In this document: positions 7,838-13,844 of the stretch, one piece after another
Numbering within the stretch: the stretch's first letter is position 1
Layout: each line of letters begins with the position of its first letter
DNA from: a virus
Lineage: Duplodnaviria; Heunggongvirae; Uroviricota; Caudoviricetes
Length of the DNA: 13,844 bases
Reading direction: 5' to 3' (one strand)
IMG/VR virus record: IMGVR_UViG_2711768045_000004
Position numbers and translations under genes: made by a program
The notes under the pieces: generated by a model
What the model was told of the DNA's origin: nothing
The model's input: only the letters and a program-made list of their open reading frames with translations
Databases searched by the model: none

Positions 7838-8623
7838 TCATGGCATGGCCATGAGCATTTTCACGTCCGCATCACCGTCTGCTGACGTCTGTGGCACGCC
7901 ACCCTGCACCGCTGCCGGTGAATGGTTCGCCATGAAATGTTCAAACAGGGCGGTTGTGGATGCAGAAACCGGTTCTGCCTTACCTGATCCCGCAGCCAGC
8001 ACAGCCCGGGCGTTCTCCACGGTCATTCCCGGGCAGGCCGCCAGTTTTTCAGCCTGCGCCTCAGCCCCTTTTGCCTCCTCCAGATCCATAATCTGATCAC
8101 GGAGTGAGGGCCCGGCATCCGCCCGTGGTGCAGCCGCCAGGACAGGGCGGGCTTTTTCCACCGTCATATCCGACATCGCCGCCAGCATTGCCGCCAGTTG
8201 TTCACGACCTTTCGCTTCTTCACACGCCATAATGCGATCGGCTTCACTCTGCGCGGATGCCACCGGCTGCTGTGATGCTGCCGCGGCCAGAATCGCCCGG
8301 GCCTGTTCAACGCTCATGCCCTGTTGTCCTGCCAGCATCGTGGCAAGGTGTTCACGTCCTTTCGCTTCCTGACACGTCAGGATCCCCATCACTCGCTGGT
8401 TCTCCTGCGCGGCAGCTTCCGTTGCAGTTAATTGCGGCATAGTGCCTCCTGTATCATGTGTGTTCAGCGCCGCAGCCATCACGCTGATGGCATCCGACGC
8501 ATTGATTAATTCATCCGCCAGTCCGGCCTTAATACCGGACTGACCTTCAAAAACGGCAGCCTCTGTCCCCGTGACCGCATCCACAGACAGCCCGGTATAC
8601 ATCGCCACTTTTTCGGCAAACAT
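7838..8623 (-). CDS. nu3: Putative scaffolding protein Nu3 (nested in-frame internal start within C, sharing its C-terminus)
   Basis: By analogy with lambda, where nu3 starts in-frame at about codon 239 of C. The in-frame ATG at 8623..8621 (C codon 241, MFAEKVAMYTGLSV..) is position-equivalent. The start is not verifiable from sequence alone and the RBS is weak. Confidence 0.45.
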   Translation of the reverse strand: MFAEKVAMYTGLSVDAVTGTEAAVFEGQSGIKAGLADELINASDAISVMAAALNTHDTGGTMPQLTATEAAAQENQRVMGILTCQEAKGREHLATMLAGQQGMSVEQARAILAAAASQQPVASAQSEADRIMACEEAKGREQLAAMLAAMSDMTVEKARPVLAAAPRADAGPSLRDQIMDLEEAKGAEAQAEKLAACPGMTVENARAVLAAGSGKAEPVSASTTALFEHFMANHSPAAVQGGVPQTSADGDADVKMLMAMP

Positions 8624-9343
8624 CCGGTGCGCCGCATCAATGCGCTGCTGCATGTCCTGACGCACCTCTGACGGTAACGCTTCAAACTGATTGCCATCCA
8701 CCTTATGCGCCCCGGCATAAATCAGCGTGATATCCACTCCGGCCTGCGCCAGATGACCGGCATAGCTGACATGGCTCATCATCACGCCAATGGAGCCGAT
8801 ACGGGATGTCTGGGTAACCAGCCGTCGGGAGCAGGCCGACGCCAGCAGCATGGCTGCAGAACAGGCCGTGTCATTACACAGTGCCCAGACCGGCTTCTGC
8901 TGCCGGAGGCGGTAAATCATGTCAGCGCAGTCAAACGCGCCTGCGGCCTGCCCGCCCGGACTGTCAATGTCCAGCAGTACGCCCCGCACCTGGCTATCCG
9001 CCATTGCCTGCTGAAGACAGGCGACAATGCCGTCATAGCCTGTCATTCCGGAAAATGGCCGCATGCCACCCAGCCGGTGCACCAGCGTGCCGGTCACCGG
9101 CAGTACAGCAATACCGTTCACCACCCGGTAAACACGGGCCGGTCGTTTACCTCCGGCCATGTACTCGTCCGTTTCAGCCAGCATTCCGGGAGCATCAAGC
9201 TGTACCTGCTGTTGTGGTACCGAAAGACTTGCTGCCCCCATCTCGCGCCCGAGCGCGCAAAAGAAAACCCGCGCATAGGCGGGCTCCAGAAGCAGTGGTT
9301 CATTGAATGCTGCGGCAATAATGTGTGAAAGATTACGTCTCAC
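7838..9343 (-). CDS. C: Head maturation protease / scaffold C (S49/ClpP-like N-terminal protease domain plus C-terminal scaffold region)
   Basis: 501-aa ORF with a GTG start at 9343 preceded by GGAAGAGGAG, overlapping the B stop by 11 nt. N-terminus MRRNLSHIIAAAFNEPLLLEPAYARVFFCAL.. and the core (..VWALCNDTACSAAMLLASACSRRLVTQTSRIGSIGVMM..) match lambda gpC (439 aa, from memory). Confidence 0.93.
   Translation of the reverse strand: MRRNLSHIIAAAFNEPLLLEPAYARVFFCALGREMGAASLSVPQQQVQLDAPGMLAETDEYMAGGKRPARVYRVVNGIAVLPVTGTLVHRLGGMRPFSGMTGYDGIVACLQQAMADSQVRGVLLDIDSPGGQAAGAFDCADMIYRLRQQKPVWALCNDTACSAAMLLASACSRRLVTQTSRIGSIGVMMSHVSYAGHLAQAGVDITLIYAGAHKVDGNQFEALPSEVRQDMQQRIDAAHRMFAEKVAMYTGLSVDAVTGTEAAVFEGQSGIKAGLADELINASDAISVMAAALNTHDTGGTMPQLTATEAAAQENQRVMGILTCQEAKGREHLATMLAGQQGMSVEQARAILAAAASQQPVASAQSEADRIMACEEAKGREQLAAMLAAMSDMTVEKARPVLAAAPRADAGPSLRDQIMDLEEAKGAEAQAEKLAACPGMTVENARAVLAAGSGKAEPVSASTTALFEHFMANHSPAAVQGGVPQTSADGDADVKMLMAMP
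7955..8395 (-). repeat. Three tandem in-frame repeats (about 40-50 codons each) inside the C/nu3 scaffold-coding region
   Basis: Protein units RVMGILTCQEAKGREHLATMLAGQQGMSVEQARAILAAAAS / RIMACEEAKGREQLAAMLAAMSDMTVEKARPVLAAAPR / QIMDLEEAKGAEAQAEKLAACPGMTVENARAVLAAGS. The DNA shows the same repeats, e.g. ttcacgacctttcgcttcttcacacgccataatgcgatc versus ttcacgtcctttcgcttcctgacacgtcaggatcccc. Confidence 0.8.
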
Positions 9344-10925
9344 GTGGTGTTGTCTCCTCTTCCGGCCTGCGACTCTCCGCTATCTGCTGCTGATACGCCT
9401 GCGCTATCCACACCGGACGTGAGAGTCCGGCTTTTTCCCGCTCTGCAGATTCCCTGACCTGCTGGCGGAAAATGTCCTGATAATCCTCGCCCATCAGCGC
9501 CAGCTCTTTCTCATACGTGCTCAGTCCGGCCTCAATGCGCATCACTGATTCCTGAACCTCCTTGAGCCCGTCAATGGCCATTCTTCCGGCTCCAATCCAC
9601 TCAGCCCGTGACCAGGCTGATCGCGCCTGATAAAAATCAAAACGTGCCCGTGGCGGACGAATAATCCCCCGAAGAAGTGCCTCTTCCAGCCAGCAGGAAA
9701 ACATCTGCGTGGCCAGCCGGGACGCAATAAATTTTCGCCGCCCCATAAAATAGCGCCACGACTCATTGGCGGATGCGCGGGCACTTGAATAACTGACCTT
9801 CGAGTAATCACGGGACAACTGTTCGTAGGAAACGCCAAGACCGGCGGCGATATACCGCAGCAGCGCCTGTTCAAGCGCCGAAAATCCATTGTCTGAATCC
9901 TGCGCGGTCTGAAGTTTCAGATCATCACCGGGGAAAAGGTGCGGAATTTTGACACCGCCCAGCGTCACGCTATTCGTGTCATACCAGGTGGAGAACTTAT
10001 CCAGAATATTAATAAGCGGATTATCCTTCTGCCCCTGCGGCGCACCGGCGATATATTCAAAGGCCTTTTCGGTATCAAGGTCACTTTCAATCGTCGCTGC
10101 ATACATCGCCTTCACTATGGCCGACTGAAGCTGTGTTGCCTGCAGGGAATCGAGCATCTTCAGCCGTTCCATGACGCTGTAAAACTGATTGGCCCCACGG
10201 GTCTGCCCGTCCTCCACCGGCTCGAAAATATGCAGCATGGCCGGACGCCCGGTGGGAAGTTCACGCGGGATCCGTTCCCATCGTCCACTCCCGGAGAACG
10301 GAAAATCATCCTCACAGATATGGTACGCAACGGCACGGCCATATCGATCGACCTCCACACCGGCCCGCAGAAAGCGGTTCCCCATACCGTGCCCTGGCGT
10401 GTCCACCCGTTTCGGACTCACGGCTTTAAAACGCGTACGAAACAGCTGCGTGCTCTCCGTATCCCAGACCGGCTGCACAAAGATTTCGCCGTTAAAGGCA
10501 TGAACGCCCACACCTTCACGGATAAATTCCGTAAACGTGCGTTTCCCTTCCACGTCGATCTCGCCAAACATCCCTTCGGCGTATTCCGACCAGGCCGCCT
10601 CCACCTCATCGACAAAACTTTTTGCCGCAGTCTCCCGCATCCCCAGCCAGCGCCAGTTCGGACGGTAGCTGATCAGAAACATATGCCCGACAATATGATC
10701 CTTATGCAGGGCCACCGCATTAGCCGCTATCCCGTTATTGCGTACCAGATCATCTGCACGGGCATTCCCCAGACGCAACGCGGGCAGCAGGGCCGCATCG
10801 GCACTCTGCGAGGGTGGCAACCACTCCGCCATTTGCCCGCCAAATCCTGCACCGCCCCCGTGGTAGCTGAGACTCTCCCGAAGCGGAACGCCGTTCACAT
10901 CAATCAGGACAGGCGTTCGTTTCAT
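9333..10925 (-). CDS. B: Portal protein B
   Basis: 530-aa ORF (MKRTPVLIDVNGVPL...), size and position match lambda gpB (533 aa). ATG at 10925 overlaps the W stop as ATGA. Confidence 0.95.
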   Translation of the reverse strand: MKRTPVLIDVNGVPLRESLSYHGGGAGFGGQMAEWLPPSQSADAALLPALRLGNARADDLVRNNGIAANAVALHKDHIVGHMFLISYRPNWRWLGMRETAAKSFVDEVEAAWSEYAEGMFGEIDVEGKRTFTEFIREGVGVHAFNGEIFVQPVWDTESTQLFRTRFKAVSPKRVDTPGHGMGNRFLRAGVEVDRYGRAVAYHICEDDFPFSGSGRWERIPRELPTGRPAMLHIFEPVEDGQTRGANQFYSVMERLKMLDSLQATQLQSAIVKAMYAATIESDLDTEKAFEYIAGAPQGQKDNPLINILDKFSTWYDTNSVTLGGVKIPHLFPGDDLKLQTAQDSDNGFSALEQALLRYIAAGLGVSYEQLSRDYSKVSYSSARASANESWRYFMGRRKFIASRLATQMFSCWLEEALLRGIIRPPRARFDFYQARSAWSRAEWIGAGRMAIDGLKEVQESVMRIEAGLSTYEKELALMGEDYQDIFRQQVRESAEREKAGLSRPVWIAQAYQQQIAESRRPEEETTPRET

Positions 10926-11128
10926 AACCTCACTCCCAGCGGACGACGGCGACGGCGGGTTGTCCCCTGTACCGACTCCGCATCATTGATCGCACGGTTA
11001 AGCTCATCCAGAGAAGCCGCCGTATATTCAATTCTGCGACCATCTTTCTGGACAGACACCACCCGTTTACCGGTTAATAAATCAAGGCGCGCCTGACGCA
11101 GCGCCTGCAGTTCAGCGACTGTAACCAT
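10922..11128 (-). CDS. W: Head-tail joining protein W
   Basis: 68-aa ORF ([54 protein letters not shown]..), matching lambda gpW (68 aa; ..[27 protein letters not shown]..). Strong RBS GGAGGAG upstream. Confidence 0.93.
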   Translation of the reverse strand: MVTVAELQALRQARLDLLTGKRVVSVQKDGRRIEYTAASLDELNRAINDAESVQGTTRRRRRPLGVRL

Positions 11129-13061
11129 TCACTCCTCCGGACAGCTTCGCTGCCAGTTCTTTCAGGGTTGGCCGGGTCGTCTCTTCTTCCCGGGATTTTG
11201 CCAGTACAGCCAGATCAAGCTGCCAGCGTTGCACGGACACACGTAATGCCGCGTAGGCATACACCAGGCAGTCCAGCGCTTCGTTACGCCGCTTTTTGTT
11301 ATCCCACAGCAGACGCATCTTTCCTTTTTCCCACTTCTCCACCAGCTCTTCCGCCACCAGTTGCTGCGCCTCTGTCTGCGAAAAAATCTCCGGATCATCA
11401 GGAAAACGGATGGCATACGACGTGGCTGCATCCGCAGGTGTGGGATCGGCTTTCATACGGGCATAGAGAATTTCTTTTGCGGTGTCCGTCCCCACTTCAC
11501 ACAGATACACGCCCCGCTGATTGCGGGTTTTTGGCATGGTGATCACCGGCTTGCCATAGACAGATGCGCCTTTTACCGGCAGCACCCGGAAAACACCGTG
11601 TTTTTTTGATCTCTGATAAACGATTTCGCCATCGATCCCCCCGGTGTCCCAGCAGACCCGGGAAATGGTCATTTCGGTTCCGTCTGCATGGCGGTATTTT
11701 TTGTTGATCGCCGCATCCACACGTAACAGCGTCTCTTCCTCATCGGGACGCCCCATAATGATGATTTTATCCACCAGAAAGGCTTCCTCTCCCGGAGCCC
11801 ATCCCCAGACATACATCTCAAAACGGTTTCGCTGCGAGTCAATGCCCGCCGTCAGATAAACCACCCGGGCAGGCACCGCCGCCGTGTAACGCACAACCTT
11901 ATCCATCAGTACCTGGTGATCGAGTTTTTCGCCCACGGCCTCTTCCCAGGTCTCGCCCAGCGTGGTGTTCACAAAAGTTTTCACGCCGTTGGGATCTTTC
12001 AGTGCATCCAGCCAGTCATAGACTATCTGTACCCAGGTAGTGAACGGACTGTACGCCGTCCAGATATGGAACGTGATGGAGCGCGGCGGCGGAATTTCAT
12101 TACCCGCAGCGCTGAAAAACGTCAGACCATCACGGGTCCACATCCCCGTGTTTTCACAGATCCACCGCCCGTTGCTCTGGTCAAGCTCAGACTGATGGAT
12201 CACGCAGCCATGATGTTCACAGAGGTAGAAAACGCTTTCGGGGCTGTCCTTCTCCCATTTAAGGCCAAAAGGCGTGGACTCATCGCCAAATTTCAGATAC
12301 TGCTCCTCCCCACAGTGTGGGCAGGGCACATAAAAACGCATGAAATGCGCCGACTCATTGGCCGCTTTTTCGATCTGGCAGGAGCCTTTTATTTTAGGCG
12401 TCGAGCCGCGAATGGATTTTGGCCATACAGAGCCCTCAATACGCTTATCCCCCAGCAGGGTTGGCGAGCCCTCTTTTTCAACATCCGGCTCGAACGAGGA
12501 AAGCTCGTCATAACAGACCACGTCCACGGATTTTTCACGGTAGTTTTTGGCGGCAGCGCCGCCCAGGCACCAGAACCCAACACGTGACGTAAACCTTTTT
12601 AATGTCAGCGTGTTATCCCTGTGCTTACGTCCCAGCCAGGGGGAAAGAATTTTCAGACAAGGGACATCCCGTAACGTTGACTCCACGTGAGATTTCATAA
12701 AATCTTCAGCAGATGAATCTGTCGGTTGGAACAATAAAGTGTTACGGCTTTTATGCTCGATAAAATACCCGACCACGCCCAGTAACATCTTTGTATAACC
12801 AACACGGGCAGATTTAATCAGATTAACCGTGCGGATCCGGTCATTCCCCATGCAGTTCATTATTGCCATCTGAAATGGCAGAGTTTCCCAGCGACCAGCA
12901 AGATACGAAGACTCTGGTGGTAGATAATAATGTCTGTCAGCCCACTCAACTGGCGTCACAGGCAATGGCCGAATCATCCCCTTTAACCCGGCCCGGAATG
13001 GAAAAACAAACTTATGAATTTGACTCTCTAATGTAGTCTGCAAGCATATCTGGTAACCCAT
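11112..13061 (-). CDS. A: Terminase large subunit A (ATPase/endonuclease)
   Basis: The track ORF 11112..13076 (654 aa) matches lambda gpA (641 aa) from ..[31 protein letters not shown] onward through the ATPase and nuclease regions. Start is uncertain: the ATG at 13061 is chosen here; alternatives are the GTG at 13076 or the TTG at 13043. Overlaps the 3' end of nu1, as in lambda. Confidence 0.93.
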   Translation of the reverse strand: MGYQICLQTTLESQIHKFVFPFRAGLKGMIRPLPVTPVEWADRHYYLPPESSYLAGRWETLPFQMAIMNCMGNDRIRTVNLIKSARVGYTKMLLGVVGYFIEHKSRNTLLFQPTDSSAEDFMKSHVESTLRDVPCLKILSPWLGRKHRDNTLTLKRFTSRVGFWCLGGAAAKNYREKSVDVVCYDELSSFEPDVEKEGSPTLLGDKRIEGSVWPKSIRGSTPKIKGSCQIEKAANESAHFMRFYVPCPHCGEEQYLKFGDESTPFGLKWEKDSPESVFYLCEHHGCVIHQSELDQSNGRWICENTGMWTRDGLTFFSAAGNEIPPPRSITFHIWTAYSPFTTWVQIVYDWLDALKDPNGVKTFVNTTLGETWEEAVGEKLDHQVLMDKVVRYTAAVPARVVYLTAGIDSQRNRFEMYVWGWAPGEEAFLVDKIIIMGRPDEEETLLRVDAAINKKYRHADGTEMTISRVCWDTGGIDGEIVYQRSKKHGVFRVLPVKGASVYGKPVITMPKTRNQRGVYLCEVGTDTAKEILYARMKADPTPADAATSYAIRFPDDPEIFSQTEAQQLVAEELVEKWEKGKMRLLWDNKKRRNEALDCLVYAYAALRVSVQRWQLDLAVLAKSREEETTRPTLKELAAKLSGGVNGYSR

Positions 13062-13560
13062 CTGCAGTATCCGCACACTTGTTAGATGCTTTTGCTATCT
13101 CCGATTTCAAAAACTCAAGGGCGGAAGGGGGAAATTCAGGGAATTGTCTCTGCATATACAGTGGAATACTGTCAAGAATACCGGAAATGTCCTGCGCAAG
13201 ACGCGCCAGTGCATACATACAAAAACCAGTATCAATCACCTGCCCACTGTCGCGGGCATTTTTCAGTTCCTGTGCATCTGCCTGTGCCTTCGTCAGTCGG
13301 TAACGTTCGTAATCAATGGTACCGGGCTGAAGGTCAGTCTCGCTGGCAGCTCTCAAATCTTCGACCTCTTTACGGAGTTTTTCGTTTTCAATATCGGCTT
13401 CACGCTGCGCATACCATTCGATCGCCTTCGCAGAATCAAAAATGATCTCAATACCTTTTCCTCCACCAGATATCTGAGGGAGCCCCTGAGTTTGCCAGCG
13501 TTCAATTGTACGCGGATCAACATTAAACATTTCCGCAAGGTTCTTTTTGTTAACATGCAT
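13012..13560 (-). CDS. nu1: Terminase small subunit Nu1 (N-terminal winged HTH that binds cosB)
   Basis: 182-aa [73 protein letters not shown]..., about 60-70% identical to lambda Nu1 (MEVNKKQLADIF..., 181 aa). RBS GAGG 9 nt upstream of the ATG at 13560. Confidence 0.95.
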   Translation of the reverse strand: MHVNKKNLAEMFNVDPRTIERWQTQGLPQISGGGKGIEIIFDSAKAIEWYAQREADIENEKLRKEVEDLRAASETDLQPGTIDYERYRLTKAQADAQELKNARDSGQVIDTGFCMYALARLAQDISGILDSIPLYMQRQFPEFPPSALEFLKSEIAKASNKCADTADGLPDMLADYIRESNS

Positions 13561-13734
13561 ATAACAACCTCATTCAAAAATCAGTTACGACACAAAACGG
13601 CCTGAAAATGCCTTTCTTCCACGCACCTGTGACGGTCCTTTTTTCTTACGTACCGTTTAAAAACAATACATTACATATAATCAGTACCGACATGATTTTC
13701 CCCGGAAAATTTTCATAAATAGTGAAAACGCGCG
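13561..13734 (-). promoter_or_regulatory. cosB: terminase small-subunit binding region with an A/T-rich putative IHF bend site, between cosN and the nu1 start
   Basis: Position between cosN and nu1. The first 33 nt after cosN (CGCGCGTTTTCACTATTTATGAAAATTTTCCGG) are near-identical to lambda. Further in lie R-site-like elements (AAGAAAAAAGGACCGTCACAGGTGCG; GGCCGTTTTGTGTCG) and an A/T-rich tract (TTATATGTAATGTATTGTTTTTAAAC). Confidence 0.65.
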
Positions 13735-13746
13735 AGGTCGCCGCCC
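13735..13746 (-). other. cosN: 12-nt cohesive-end sequence GGGCGGCGACCT (lambda-type)
   Basis: Plus strand 13735..13746 is aggtcgccgccc, the reverse complement of GGGCGGCGACCT, which is identical to the lambda cohesive end. Flanks (..CCGTTACG | GGGCGGCGACCT | CGCGCG..) also match the lambda right/left end junction. Confidence 0.85.
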
Positions 13747-13750
13747 CGTA

Positions 13751-13780
13751 ACGGGTCCATATGCCGGAAAGGACCCGAGA
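13751..13780 (-). promoter_or_regulatory. cosQ-like element upstream of cosN
   Basis: Minus strand CTCGGGTCCTTTCCGGCATATGGACCCGTTACG resembles the lambda right-end cosQ region (..ACGGGTCCTTTCCGGTGATCCGACAGGTTACG, from memory). Contains an inverted repeat GGGTCC(N12)GGACCC at 13753..13776. Confidence 0.5.
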
Positions 13781-13844
13781 AAATGATAATGGTTATCAGT
13801 TGCAACAAATCCAGTTTCTTCCGCCATCGCACCGGACCAGCGAC

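Noticed and set aside
9939-11096. 385-aa plus-strand ORF, with other long plus-strand ORFs at 533..1390, 11916..12587, 8705..9328 and 4731..5249
   Set aside because: All are antisense to minus-strand genes with strong full-length lambda homology (B, H, A, C, Z/U). Their translations are Arg/Pro/His/Cys-rich low-complexity sequence typical of antisense frames in GC-rich coding DNA, with no convincing RBS or start context.
13783-13844. Plus-strand partial ORF starting ATGATAATGGTTATCAGTTGC..., running off the right edge, with AAGGA about 11 nt upstream
   Set aside because: The region is the homolog of the lambda right-end/cosQ sequence (..GATAATCATTATCACTTTACGGGTCCTTTCCGG..), which is non-coding in lambda. 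Only about 20 codons are visible and the putative RBS spacing is poor. It cannot be evaluated without flanking sequence.
1-13844. Possibility of a hidden novel system (defence island, toxin-antitoxin, CRISPR, retron, etc.)
   Set aside because: The window is fully accounted for by contiguous lambda-homologous packaging/head/tail genes with tight junctions. There are no unexplained intergenic regions over 60 nt apart from cos, no spaced direct repeat arrays, and no compositional break suggesting an insertion.

Overview
The whole 13.8-kb window is the DNA-packaging, head and tail morphogenesis module of a lambda-like (lambdoid) phage or prophage, encoded entirely on the minus strand. It is collinear with coliphage lambda from cos to the start of L: cosQ-cosN-cosB, nu1, A, W, B, C (with nested nu3), D, E, FI, FII, Z, U, V, G, G-T (-1 frameshift), H, M and the first 21 codons of L. 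All calls rest on reading the supplied ORF translations against lambda protein and cos sequences recalled from memory; no search was run. Junctions are tight (many ATGA or short overlaps), leaving no room for accessory cargo, and I see no RNA genes, CRISPR, IS elements, integrase or att sites. I therefore do not find evidence of a novel biological system here; this looks like an ordinary, well-understood structural module. The points worth a second look are: (1) an intact cos with a lambda-identical 12-nt cohesive-end sequence but a diverged cosB; (2) a G-T frameshift site that is A AAA AAG rather than lambda's G GGA AAG; (3) three tandem in-frame repeats of about 40-50 codons in the C/nu3 scaffold region; (4) a terminator-like hairpin just after the major capsid gene; (5) a perfect 20-bp palindrome between D and E. 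Long plus-strand ORFs in the track are antisense artefacts.
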